Shown piece by piece: positions 1 to 9,793 of a DNA stretch of 64,000 bases. Where the stretch lies: positions 8,185 through 72,184 of the forward strand of contig CAKZLO010000063.1 of assembly GCA_937127125.1 (NCBI GenBank). The letters run 5' to 3'. Origin of the DNA: an uncultured Ardenticatenia bacterium. GTDB taxonomy: Bacteria; Chloroflexota; Anaerolineae; 4572-78; NAK82. The position numbers and the translations under genes were made by a program. The notes beneath the pieces were generated by a model. The model was not told where the DNA came from. It worked only from the letters and a program-made list of their open reading frames with translations, and searched no databases. How positions within the stretch are numbered: the stretch's first letter is position 1; every line of letters starts with the position of its first letter.

Positions 1-1365
1 CGGCTGGAGGAAGACCTGGCTGCTTTTGATCGTGCTCAGGACAGTGGTCTGCCCGCCATACGTCAGCTGGCCATCTCTGAGCTGATCGCTCTGCCGGAGA
101 AGCCTGGTGTGGTCGAGGGCATTTATCGCTTCCAAACCCGCTTGGACTACATTGACGAACTGGAGCGCGCCACCTGCACCTATCAGACCCTCTACGGATT
201 GTTTTGGCTGAGCCCGGTGGAAGGTTATGTCACCATTCAAGTGCGCAGCGCCGAGGTCTTGAGGGCACTCAAGGGAGCGTTGGAAAAGGCGATGGACGTG
301 GCACTGGCTCCTCTAGTCATCTCCAAGCAGCTCAAGAACGCTCTGCCCTTCTTGTTGCGCGAATCCTTCCGCGCCGGACGCCTGCACGATCCGGATCCTG
401 GGCCGGGGCGCTTCCGCTGGCTCACCATCGCGGATGATGAGGCGTACGCCAGAGGCTATGAGAATGTGGAAGAACATTATCCCGAGGTACACAGCGTGCG
501 CTACCGCGAAGTGCTGAGCGATGACCGTGAGACCACGCTCACCATTCGCTGCGATCGTGGCGCGTTGAGCCTGAGCGGCATCCTCAGCGCTGCCCAGTTG
601 CGCGCCTGGACACTTGACCGCCTGGGACAGCTGATCGGTCTGTTGAACGAATTTCGCCCCAATGCCCCTGCCTATGCCGATACGGCCGACATGGCAGACT
701 TGCGCGAGCTTGCACCCTTCAGCAGCACACAGCGCAACTATGTGCGGCGCATGATCTCGGCCTTGCTCACGGTAAAACAATCGCCATTGCCCGGCTACCA
801 GCCGCTAGGAGTGGACACGTTGATGCTGGCGCATGAGATGGGCACGTGGATGCGCCTGCAAATCCCAGTGGAACACCTCACGACAGAAGAAGAATCCGAT
901 GGCTATCTGGCTTGTCCGATTTGCGGCGGCAGCACCACCTTTGCCCTGCAGCGGCGCAATGGCAGCTGGGCGCTGGAGTGTCGTGAACATCGCAGTCAGC
1001 GCTGGGCAGCACACCTGCCCATCGTCGGTGAGACGGCAGCACAGGAGACGTTCATCCTCGACGAGGAAGAGCTGGCGATGACCATCGAACTGATCCCCTC
1101 GGAAGGATTGTTGCAGGTCATCGCCGAGGTGATCAACCGGCACCTGCCCGGTTACACGTTCGACCCGAAGCGGGAGGGCTTTATCATTCGCGGGCCGAAT
1201 TTGCGCTACTATCCGGACAAGTCGAAGCTGCATGACAGTCAGCTGGACGGGGCGCGCACTGTCATCTACGTCAGCCAGCACGTCGGCCATCTCGAGGGCG
1301 GTGAGGTAGTGGCGGTCAAGCCAGAGGGTGGCCAGGTCGAAGTGCGCACGCGCAATGGATCGTGA
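1..1365 (+). CDS. Hypothetical protein, 5'-truncated by the window edge, with a CPIC...CREH putative Zn ribbon
   Basis: Frame 1 is open from base 1 (RLEEDLAAFD...) into the listed 109..1365 ORF; no family recognised. Confidence 0.75.
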   Translation, partial: RLEEDLAAFDRAQDSGLPAIRQLAISELIALPEKPGVVEGIYRFQTRLDYIDELERATCTYQTLYGLFWLSPVEGYVTIQVRSAEVLRALKGALEKAMDVALAPLVISKQLKNALPFLLRESFRAGRLHDPDPGPGRFRWLTIADDEAYARGYENVEEHYPEVHSVRYREVLSDDRETTLTIRCDRGALSLSGILSAAQLRAWTLDRLGQLIGLLNEFRPNAPAYADTADMADLRELAPFSSTQRNYVRRMISALLTVKQSPLPGYQPLGVDTLMLAHEMGTWMRLQIPVEHLTTEEESDGYLACPICGGSTTFALQRRNGSWALECREHRSQRWAAHLPIVGETAAQETFILDEEELAMTIELIPSEGLLQVIAEVINRHLPGYTFDPKREGFIIRGPNLRYYPDKSKLHDSQLDGARTVIYVSQHVGHLEGGEVVAVKPEGGQVEVRTRNGS

Positions 1366-1459
1366 GCGGTGGCCTGATTAATCTGGACGCATCAGACAAG
1401 TAGGGGGCGATCCTCGAAGAAATCGCCCCCGTTTTCTTCCGCTATCTCCTGCGCGAGAC

Positions 1460-2668
1460 TCAGCTGCGCCCCACGCTCCAGAGGCCATCTGGCTTGCGCA
1501 GGCTGAGCAGCAGCTCCTCCAGGTTGCGCGAGAGTGGCTCGGCACCGTGCTCCCGAATGACATAGCCCGCTTCCAGGCGCGATCCGTGGAAGACGGGGTG
1601 GCCGAACATGCTAATGTCGATGCACACGGTGAGATTAGGCTGCAACACTTCTTCACTGTTCGGCCCGAAGAAGGGGCGCTCGAACTCATTCAGCCCCACC
1701 GTGTGGACAAATCCCATCGTCAGATAGGGGCCATAACCCAAGTTGCTCAGGAATTGGCGCGGCACCGCGTCGACCTCTTTGCCTTTCTTGCCCGGTTTGA
1801 GCGCATCGCGCGTCACCTCCAGCGCGTCGGCCAGATGGCCGAGGAAAGTCGCCTGCTCCTTGGTGGGCGGATGATTGACGGCAAAGGTGCAAGCGACGCC
1901 GGAGGAGTAGCCGCGATACTTGGGGCTGAAGCCGACCAGCACCAGCTCACCTGCCTGCATTTTCTTGAACGAGGCAGGCGGCACCACCCCGTTGGAGCGC
2001 ACGCCGGAGGCAACCATGCCGCGGAAATTCCAACCCTCGATGCCCAGCGAGCGCATGCGCCCTTCGGCCGCGCCGATGACCGTGTACTCGGTGACGCCTG
2101 GCTTGATGTAGGGAATGGCTGCCTTTAAGCCTTCCGCGCCCATCTCGAAGGCATATCCCATCACGGCGATCTCGGCTTCGCTCTTGATGGCACGCATCAC
2201 TTCATATTCGCGCGTCATGTCGACAAACTCGACGCCTGGCAGCGCCTCGTGCATGGCTACGGCCAACCCATGTTGCATCACACCGTAGCCCACGACACCC
2301 AGACGGCGCAACGGTCTCTTGCCCAGTGCTTCGGCCAGGACTTCCGGCAGCGTCTGGATGACTGCACCGGGATACTCTTCTTCCGGCACCAGGAAGACGT
2401 CGACGGCGCGCAAATTCTGGATGACGGAGACCTCGCGCGCATAGGCCGCCGCCTCCGGACCGCCCAGCAACAGCGGCTCCCCTTCAAGCGGCAACAACAC
2501 GCCTCCCGTTTCGATGATGGGCCAATAGTTGCTCAGGTAGTAGCCGTTCGACATGTTGAGCTCATCGTGGTAGACAAACAGGGCGTCCACGCCGGCGGCC
2601 TGCATCAGCCGACGCACCTTCTCAACTCGCTCATCAAATTCGGCACGGGGGATTTCAGGTGGAATCAT
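1460..2668 (-). CDS. M24 / creatinase-like pita-bread-fold hydrolase
   Basis: Creatinase_N-like N-terminus, RAIKSEAEI motif, HTVGL; canonical metal ligands partly lost. Confidence 0.85.
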   Translation of the reverse strand: MIPPEIPRAEFDERVEKVRRLMQAAGVDALFVYHDELNMSNGYYLSNYWPIIETGGVLLPLEGEPLLLGGPEAAAYAREVSVIQNLRAVDVFLVPEEEYPGAVIQTLPEVLAEALGKRPLRRLGVVGYGVMQHGLAVAMHEALPGVEFVDMTREYEVMRAIKSEAEIAVMGYAFEMGAEGLKAAIPYIKPGVTEYTVIGAAEGRMRSLGIEGWNFRGMVASGVRSNGVVPPASFKKMQAGELVLVGFSPKYRGYSSGVACTFAVNHPPTKEQATFLGHLADALEVTRDALKPGKKGKEVDAVPRQFLSNLGYGPYLTMGFVHTVGLNEFERPFFGPNSEEVLQPNLTVCIDISMFGHPVFHGSRLEAGYVIREHGAEPLSRNLEELLLSLRKPDGLWSVGRS

Positions 2669-2769
2669 CGCACAACCTCCTTGGTATGATTAGTGTTAGA
2701 GCCTCGAGGGGACTTGTGAGCCCGTCCCCCTTGGGGCGCAGCTCTTAGAATCGGCTACTGTTGGTGGTG

Positions 2770-3699
2770 CTACGCCTGCACGACACGCTCGTAGTCACGC
2801 ACCCAGATGTCGCGAAAATCACGCAATGTGTGAAACTGGGCCTCGTGACGCTTCATCTCGGTGATGAAGATGTCCAGCTCGTCCAGGGCGCGCTGGCCGC
2901 AATTTTGCACCAGCCATGGTTTGAACTCGATGCGCGCCTCATCTGTGTCGAGGACGGTTGGCATAGGCACGAACTCCCATGGATGCAGATATAGACAGAC
3001 CATGGCCGGCTTGCCGTCCGCCCACAGACGCTCGGCATTGCGCAAGACCATATCGGCCAGGTAACGGCCACCGTGCGTCCGCAACTTGGGCCATCCATCG
3101 CGGTCGCGATGATCGGGCAGCTCACCCGGCACCGTCAGATCGGCAAACAGAGGGATCTCAAGGATGCGCAGCTCACCCGGCTTGCGCCAGTCGCGGGCAG
3201 AGGGATGGTAGGGCAGCAGGTGCTCCCCGTGGAAGTAGGCCATGTACGACGAGTCGACCACATAGCCCAACTGATCGAGCGCCTGAATCATCTCATTTCC
3301 TGCCCAGCCGCGCGGCGCGCGGAACGAAACTGGTCGCACACCCGCCTTTTGCTCGATCAGCTCGGTCGCCTTTTTGAGTCGGTTAAAAACCTCTTCCGGC
3401 AGCACAGGCGGGATGCCGGGAGCTTCAAAGAGAGGGGTGCCCACGCTTTCGTGTTGCAGCGTATGACAACCCACTTCGTGGCCAGCTGCCTTTACCATGG
3501 CAATGGACTCGGGGCCGGCCAAGGCTGCGTTGCCAGTGTAGAGAAAAGTGGCCGGCACCTGATGGCGCGCCAACACTTGCAGGATGGGCGCCGTGCCCTC
3601 GACCACCCCGCGATGGTCATTGCTCCAGCTGCCAATGTCGCTCTCCATGTCGAAGGAGATAAGCGCGTACAGTGCACGTTGGGTGTTCATCGTTGTCAC
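2770..3699 (-). CDS. Polysaccharide deacetylase (CE4/NodB-like) family protein
   Basis: SFDME, HEVGCHTLQH, SFRAP and YLHPWE motifs. Confidence 0.85.
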   Translation of the reverse strand: MTTMNTQRALYALISFDMESDIGSWSNDHRGVVEGTAPILQVLARHQVPATFLYTGNAALAGPESIAMVKAAGHEVGCHTLQHESVGTPLFEAPGIPPVLPEEVFNRLKKATELIEQKAGVRPVSFRAPRGWAGNEMIQALDQLGYVVDSSYMAYFHGEHLLPYHPSARDWRKPGELRILEIPLFADLTVPGELPDHRDRDGWPKLRTHGGRYLADMVLRNAERLWADGKPAMVCLYLHPWEFVPMPTVLDTDEARIEFKPWLVQNCGQRALDELDIFITEMKRHEAQFHTLRDFRDIWVRDYERVVQA

Positions 3700-3875
3700 C
3701 TAGTACAGCTCCCCAGCTGAGATAGTTACACCCCATCATAGCATCGGCGTGCGGGTCAAGCAACTATGAGATGGTGCGCAGTGCTCCTTTCAGGGACAGC
3801 GCTTCATCCTGGAAAGTGATGGAGCAGACCTATAGATAACTCCTTCAGGAATATAGGCGAAACTGCCAATCGGCA

Positions 3876-3904
3876 TTGACGAGGCCTCCATCTCCTGTTA
3901 GAAT
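3876..3904 (+). promoter_or_regulatory. Sigma70-type promoter for pcm
   Basis: TTGACG-17bp-TAGAAT with TG extended -10. Confidence 0.55.
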
Positions 3905-3957
3905 AGAAGTGGTGATAAGGATGCGCAGGACATCCAACTAGCGGGAGGCACGTTTCG

Positions 3958-4716
3958 ATGAAGAGGCCCATACCCTGGATAATAGCAGTTGTGCTGCTGG
4001 CGCTGGTGGCTGGCGTTTTCGTGATGCGCACAGCTCCCCCGCCTCGCACTCTATCGTCGCCGACCCCTACACCGCTGCCAGACGATCGCGTTGAAGAACG
4101 CCAGCGCATGGTGGACAGGCAGATTCGCGCACGCGGAGTCACCGATACCCGCGTATTGGCCGCCATGGAGAAGGTGCCCCGCCACGCATTTGTGCCCTCC
4201 GACGTGCTGGATCAAGCGTACAATGATTACCCGCTCCCCATTGGCTACGGGCAGACCATTTCACAGCCCTACATTGTGGCGGTGATGACCGAGCTGCTCA
4301 AGCTCAAGCCGGGCGAGAAAGCGCTCGAAATCGGCACCGGCTCCGGGTATCAGGCGGCTATCCTGGCTGAGCTGACCGATAAGGTTTACTCGATCGAGAT
4401 CATACCCCAGCTGGCAGAGCGCGCCCGCGCCACCCTCGACCGGATGGGATACCACTATGTGGTAACCAAACATGCCGACGGCTACTGGGGTTGGAAGGAA
4501 CACGCCCCCTTTGACGCGATCATCGTCACGGCAGCGCCCGATCACGTGCCCCAACCCCTCCTGGAGCAGCTGGCAGATGGAGGGCGCATGGTGATACCGG
4601 TTGGGCCGCCAGGTGGCTACCAGAGCCTTTGGCTCATCACGCGCGAAGGCGACGAATACCACAACTTCAACTGGGGCGGGGTCGCTTTTGTGCCCCTGAC
4701 GCGGTTGGAGCAATAA
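3958..4716 (+). CDS. pcm: Protein-L-isoaspartate O-methyltransferase with N-terminal hydrophobic anchor
   Basis: GQTISQP, LEIGTGSGYQAA and APFDAIIVTAA motifs. Confidence 0.95.
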   Translation: MKRPIPWIIAVVLLALVAGVFVMRTAPPPRTLSSPTPTPLPDDRVEERQRMVDRQIRARGVTDTRVLAAMEKVPRHAFVPSDVLDQAYNDYPLPIGYGQTISQPYIVAVMTELLKLKPGEKALEIGTGSGYQAAILAELTDKVYSIEIIPQLAERARATLDRMGYHYVVTKHADGYWGWKEHAPFDAIIVTAAPDHVPQPLLEQLADGGRMVIPVGPPGGYQSLWLITREGDEYHNFNWGGVAFVPLTRLEQ

Positions 4717-7210
4717 GACGCGCAGAGGGCACCCAGAGCACGAGCCAGGCTGCCCCATAGGCCACCGCGCCGGCGATCATAACGGCGCGAAACCCCAAAT
4801 CGATGGCCAGCATCGGCGCCAGCACAGCGCTGACCACCGAGATGCTGCCATTGACGGCCCAAATCCAGGGCAAGAGGTGGCGTGCTTGGGTGCGCACGTG
4901 CGCCAGGCCCTGGGGAAAGGGAAGTCCCATCAACATGCCCAGTGGCAACAACATCAGTCCACCCAGCACGGCGCGGGTGCCCAATGGCAAGGCGATGGTG
5001 GCATCAAAAGCGAGTGAGAGCACCAAGGGATAGGCAAGACCCAGCCCGATCAACGCGGGCATGCCCACCGTCGGGGGGACACGCACGCTGAGGTAACGAC
5101 TGCCCAGTCCTGATGCCAGCAACAATGCGCTGACAGCAGTGGCGAAAGCATAGGCCGGCTGACCAACGTAGAGGATGAAGCGCTGAAGCAAGGGCATCTC
5201 AACGAACATAAAGCCCAGACCCAGCAACGAGAAATAAGAGAGGTAGCGCAACGTGTTGCCACCTTTCCCATTGGAAGCGGTTGTAACGTCTACCTCTAAT
5301 CTGCGCCGCAGCACCCCAAGTGGCAGCAGGATGAGCATTGCCGCCAGAAGCACCACGAGCACCAGCAGCAGCACGAAGACCAGATAGCCACTGCCACCAA
5401 ATGGCTGCCATGTCTTGCCCCATGCGGCGAGGATGGCAGGCGTCTGTTCCCACTTGAAGAAGTGGAAGAAGAAGGGACAATCATCTGTCGGTGGAGCGAC
5501 CGCATAGGGATAATCGCGGTAGAACTCGGTGTCGTCTGGTGCGAACAACAGACGTACGAAGGTTCGAAAGTGTGGCACGCCGGGGATGACATTGAAGCGA
5601 TTGATGCCTGCCTCGGCCAGCTCGGCATCACTGAGGGTCTCAAGGCGATGTGCAATCACTTCCAGATCAGGGGTCCAGACCAGATCATACTGCCGCTGCC
5701 GGGCAAAAATGCGCACTGCGTCCAACGCAGCGCTGTCCAGCGGGGCCTTGGATGCCAGGATCAGTGAATTCTGCAGACCACGCAGGGCGACCAGGTGAGC
5801 AGCGGGCTGCGCGACGCCACCGCGTTGCAATGCCTTGATGGCAACCGCCCACAACCGCAAGCTCTCCGAAGGGGGCAACTGCAGCCAGCGTTCCGCCACC
5901 AACAAGCCATCTTCGGATAAATGATCCCACAACTCCTGGAACGCTTCCACGGTGTAGCGATAGTCCTCCGCCAGAGCGTATGCCCCTGCTGTCACAGGGC
6001 GGAAGCTGTCCACCAGAGGCAGTACGACCAGGTCGTAGGTGTGGCGCTCACGGCGCAGAAAGCTGCGAGCATCCTCGAGCACCACCCGAATACGAGCATC
6101 TTGGGCGAACGGGCCACCCCATGTGCGCACTGCGTCAACCAATGCCGGGTTACTCTGCACCACGGTGACATGGCGGGCGCCATGATGCAGGGCGGTCAGC
6201 ACGGCGAGCCAACCGCCCGGCTCCACGATCAGGACATCCGCCTCAGGGCGAAGACGGTACGCCAACGCTGCGGGCAGGTATTCCGTAAAGGTGGCTTCCT
6301 CGGCAGAGGCGCGATAAATAGGCATCAGGTTCTGGCCGTCCACCACCAGGCCGACGCGCGGTGGCAATTCGCCACGGAAGGCCATGCTCAAACCAGGCGC
6401 GGAGTGGATGGCTTCGCCACCGACCACATCCACGCGCGAGAAAGCGTTCCACGTCTGAGTCAGGATGCGTGTGTTGGGGAAGAGGAGCACCTGGCTCAGC
6501 GCCTGATAGGGGCTCAGACGGACGTCAATGACGTTTGCCGGGAGGAAGAGTGGCACCGCGCAGAGCGCTGCCATGAGCAGGGCGGGAATGTGTTGCCACC
6601 GTAATGGACTGTGGGGAGAGTACGCTCCCTGAAACAACCAGAAGGCGATGCAGCCAGCCAATGCAACCATCAGCGCCGCGCGCGGTCCACCCAGCAAGGC
6701 CAATCCAGCCAACGCCAGCGGTGGACCGAGTGCCGAACCCAATAGATTGACCGCGTAGAGGCGGTGGGCGTGCTCAGGCCATGCGACCAGTGCTGTCCCG
6801 ACTGCCAGTCCGCTGAAGAAGAAGGGCACTGTCAGCACCAAGTACTGCAGCGTCAGCCAGCCAATTTGGACCGGCTCGCGGGCGATGCGATACATGTCAA
6901 AGGGGATGATGTTTGCCAGCAGATAACCCGCTGAGATCGCTGGAGCAAAGAGGAAGGCTGCGATCGCCAGATAGCGCATGCCATCCTCTCTTGGGGGCCT
7001 CAGTGAGAGGAATGTGCCGCTGGCCCCCCCACCCAGCAGCGCCAAGCTGATGGCCATAAACGCAAAGTGATGTCCTTGTGCCAGGGCGAACAGGCGCGTC
7101 AGGATCACCTGAAAGGCCAGCGGCGCGGCCGACAGGATCAACAACCCGAGATACAATTGCAAAGGACGTTTAATGGGCATCCAGCGGTCACAGGGTGCTT
7201 TTGCAAACAC
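4667..7210 (-). CDS. Polytopic membrane protein with central spermidine-synthase-like SAM-dependent domain
   Basis: Many TM segments; WNAFSRVDV, EDARSFL, YDLVVL, PTDDCPFFF and WIWAVNG motifs; start may be 7180. Confidence 0.8.
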   Translation of the reverse strand: MFAKAPCDRWMPIKRPLQLYLGLLILSAAPLAFQVILTRLFALAQGHHFAFMAISLALLGGGASGTFLSLRPPREDGMRYLAIAAFLFAPAISAGYLLANIIPFDMYRIAREPVQIGWLTLQYLVLTVPFFFSGLAVGTALVAWPEHAHRLYAVNLLGSALGPPLALAGLALLGGPRAALMVALAGCIAFWLFQGAYSPHSPLRWQHIPALLMAALCAVPLFLPANVIDVRLSPYQALSQVLLFPNTRILTQTWNAFSRVDVVGGEAIHSAPGLSMAFRGELPPRVGLVVDGQNLMPIYRASAEEATFTEYLPAALAYRLRPEADVLIVEPGGWLAVLTALHHGARHVTVVQSNPALVDAVRTWGGPFAQDARIRVVLEDARSFLRRERHTYDLVVLPLVDSFRPVTAGAYALAEDYRYTVEAFQELWDHLSEDGLLVAERWLQLPPSESLRLWAVAIKALQRGGVAQPAAHLVALRGLQNSLILASKAPLDSAALDAVRIFARQRQYDLVWTPDLEVIAHRLETLSDAELAEAGINRFNVIPGVPHFRTFVRLLFAPDDTEFYRDYPYAVAPPTDDCPFFFHFFKWEQTPAILAAWGKTWQPFGGSGYLVFVLLLVLVVLLAAMLILLPLGVLRRRLEVDVTTASNGKGGNTLRYLSYFSLLGLGFMFVEMPLLQRFILYVGQPAYAFATAVSALLLASGLGSRYLSVRVPPTVGMPALIGLGLAYPLVLSLAFDATIALPLGTRAVLGGLMLLPLGMLMGLPFPQGLAHVRTQARHLLPWIWAVNGSISVVSAVLAPMLAIDLGFRAVMIAGAVAYGAAWLVLWVPSARLIAPTASGAQKRPRPS

Positions 7211-7432
7211 GACTGCACGCGAAGCGAGACACTACGCTAGTGTCTCAGTATCCTTTCGACTATGATACCCCTCTCAACGGGTCGGTGCAACCAGTGGCAT
7301 GCCTGATTCAGGCTTCCTGGCATTCCTGAGATAGTGTTCTCCATCCGGCCTGCGTTTTTCCGTGCCTGCCCGCCATTGACTATAATACCATCGTCAGACG
7401 TGTGGATTTGGGCGTGGTGAGCTCTTGTCGCC

Positions 7433-8515
7433 ATGCGCATCCCGATCCAGGGAACGTCTAGGAGGCCGAGCTTGCCGATCATCACCGACCGTGATGCGTG
7501 GACAGATCTTGTCAACCGCCATCCAGCCGGCCACCTGCTGCAGTCGTGGGCGTGGGGCGAGTTGAAGGCGCGTTTTGGCTGGCAGGTATTGCGTGTCGCT
7601 GTGACCGATGATGGGAAGGCGCTGCGCGCCGGAGCGCAGGTGTTGCTGCACGATCTGCCAGGTAGACGTTACGTCGCCTACATTCCAAAGGGCCCGCTGG
7701 TGGATTGGCAGGATGCAGCACAAACCCATCGTTTGCTGGATGAGGTGCACCAGCTGTGTCGCTCTCGAGGTTGTATCTTCCTCAAGATCGAACCGCCCGT
7801 GGAAGACGACCCGACTGTGCGCGCAACCATCATCCAACATGGATTTCAGCCCCAGGCACCCACGATACAGCCGCCGCGCACCATTATGATCGACCTAACG
7901 TTGCTTGAGGATGCGCTCCTGGCGGGGATGAAGCAGAAGACGCGTTACAACATTCGCCTGGCCGCCCGCAAGGGTGTGACAGTCTACGAAGGCAACACGA
8001 CACACATCCCTGCGTTCTACCAGCTGATGGAGGTAACCAGTCGGCGCGACGGTTTTGCCATTCATAACTGCGAATACTACCAGTCAGCCTATGAGCTCTT
8101 CGCGCCCCGAGATGCGACGCTGCTGCTGGCAGAGGTGATGGGAGAACTAGTAGCCGGCCTGATGGTGTTCTCCCATGGCACGGTGGCGTACTACCTGTTT
8201 GGCGCCTCCAGCGATCGCTACCGCGAGTATATGCCTACCTACCTGTTGCAATGGGAGGCGATGCGTTGGGCGCGCGCACGCGGCTGCGTGGCATACGACT
8301 TGTGGGGCATCCCGGATGCGGATGAAGATGTGCTGGAGAACAACCTTGCCACAGCAGATCGTCGCACCAGAGGGTTGTGGGGCGTCTATCGCTTCAAACG
8401 TGGTTTTGGCGGGCGGGTCGTGCGCAGCGTGGGCGCTTTCGACTACGTCTACAGCAACTGGCCTTATCGTTTCTATCGCTGGGGCCAGGCACTGCGCCGC
8501 ATCCGTGCAAGGTGA
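7433..8515 (+). CDS. FemAB/FemX-family peptidoglycan bridge aminoacyltransferase
   Basis: HLLQSWAWGELK, YIPKGP, MKQKTRYNIRLA, YDLWG and YRFKRGFGG motifs. Confidence 0.9.
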   Translation: MRIPIQGTSRRPSLPIITDRDAWTDLVNRHPAGHLLQSWAWGELKARFGWQVLRVAVTDDGKALRAGAQVLLHDLPGRRYVAYIPKGPLVDWQDAAQTHRLLDEVHQLCRSRGCIFLKIEPPVEDDPTVRATIIQHGFQPQAPTIQPPRTIMIDLTLLEDALLAGMKQKTRYNIRLAARKGVTVYEGNTTHIPAFYQLMEVTSRRDGFAIHNCEYYQSAYELFAPRDATLLLAEVMGELVAGLMVFSHGTVAYYLFGASSDRYREYMPTYLLQWEAMRWARARGCVAYDLWGIPDADEDVLENNLATADRRTRGLWGVYRFKRGFGGRVVRSVGAFDYVYSNWPYRFYRWGQALRRIRAR

Positions 8516-9618
8516 TGCGCGTGGCGTCCAGCCAGGTGATCTACCAGATTGTGTCCGTTGCGAATCGTGACGAATGGGACGCTGCCCTGTTGCAGCTGCC
8601 CCACCCGCACGTGCTCCAAACGTGGGATTGGGGTGCGTTTAAAGAACGTTGGGGGTGGCAGGCAAGGCGATGGCTCTGGACGCAGGCAGGCCAACCGGTG
8701 GCAGCAGCACAACTGCTGAAGCGGCAGCTGGGACGCTTGCCCCTCTCGATTGTATATATTCCCAAGGGTCCCTTGTTTGACGTCACAAACCTTGCCCTGT
8801 GGGAGGTGGTGCTCCCGGAACTGGAGGCTGAAGCGCGTCGGGGGGTGCTCTTTGTGAAAATCGATCCGGATGTGCCCCTCGGCCCAGGTGATGAGGACGC
8901 CGCGCTCCTGCCAGGTGTTGAGTCGCTACTACAGCTGTTGCAACGGCGAGGCTGGCGCCGCTCTTCCGAGCAGATTCAATTCAAGAATACAGTGCTGCTC
9001 GACCTCACGCTAGATACAGAAACGTTGCAGATGCGCATGAAGCCTAAGACGCGTTATAACATCCGTCTCGCCACACGGCGCGGTGTCTGTGTCCGTCAGG
9101 GAGAACTGAAAGACTTGGAGAGCTTCTATGCGCTTTATCGGATCACCTCTCAGCGCGATGGATTTCTCATCCGACCGTTCGCTTATTATCGCGATGTGTG
9201 GTCACAGTTCATCACGGCGGGGCGTGCCCACCTGTTGCTCGCTGAGCTGGAGGGGCAATCCATCGCTGGGCTGTTGCTTTTCGTCTTTGGGCGCACGGCG
9301 TGGTACATGTATGGCGCCTCGGACAACACTCACCGCGAGCTGATGCCCAATCACCTGTTGCAATGGGGAGCGATTCAGCTGGCGAAACAGTTGGGATGTA
9401 CGCAGTACGACATGTGGGGCGCGCCGGATCGGTTTGACGAGAGCGATCCTATGTGGGGTGTTTACCGCTTCAAGATGGGCTTCGGCGGCGAGACCGTGCG
9501 CGGCCTGGGCGCCTGTGATTTCACCACATTCCCCATCGGATATTACCTCTATACAGTCGTGATGCCACGCCTGTTGGCCGCGATGCGTACAACCGCGAGA
9601 TTCTCCTCTGACCGGTGA
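8515..9618 (+). CDS. FemAB/FemX-family aminoacyltransferase (second paralog)
   Basis: Same motif set; ATG at 8515 overlaps the upstream TGA (TGATG). Confidence 0.9.
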   Translation: MRVASSQVIYQIVSVANRDEWDAALLQLPHPHVLQTWDWGAFKERWGWQARRWLWTQAGQPVAAAQLLKRQLGRLPLSIVYIPKGPLFDVTNLALWEVVLPELEAEARRGVLFVKIDPDVPLGPGDEDAALLPGVESLLQLLQRRGWRRSSEQIQFKNTVLLDLTLDTETLQMRMKPKTRYNIRLATRRGVCVRQGELKDLESFYALYRITSQRDGFLIRPFAYYRDVWSQFITAGRAHLLLAELEGQSIAGLLLFVFGRTAWYMYGASDNTHRELMPNHLLQWGAIQLAKQLGCTQYDMWGAPDRFDESDPMWGVYRFKMGFGGETVRGLGACDFTTFPIGYYLYTVVMPRLLAAMRTTARFSSDR

Positions 9619-9664
9619 GACGATGAAGCCCTTTGCAGGCTGGCTGTGGGATGCCCCTCGTGTC

Positions 9665-9700
9665 AAAAAGGAGCCCCGTGGACTGCCATAGTCCACGGGG
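9665..9700 (-). terminator. Probable intrinsic terminator hairpin
   Basis: Perfect 11-bp stem CCCCGTGGACT/AGTCCACGGGG, followed on the minus strand by CTCCTTTTT. Confidence 0.6.
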
Positions 9701-9762
9701 AAACCATTGAACAAACGAGCATGACGGGCACGTTGTTAATCCCATCCGCTCATCACTACGGG
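9665..9762 (-). ncRNA. Candidate ~100-nt small RNA
   Basis: TGCTATAAT extended -10 at 9769-9777 (minus), a 5' hairpin, then a terminator; no credible ORF. Confidence 0.4.
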
Positions 9763-9793
9763 ACTCTTATTATAGCACGAAATAGTGTTTTTG

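Noticed and set aside
8377-8514. Long 5' extension of the second femAB (and of the S8 gene at 39407-39469)
   Set aside because: The extensions overlap the upstream genes; internal ATGs with coupling or an RBS are better starts
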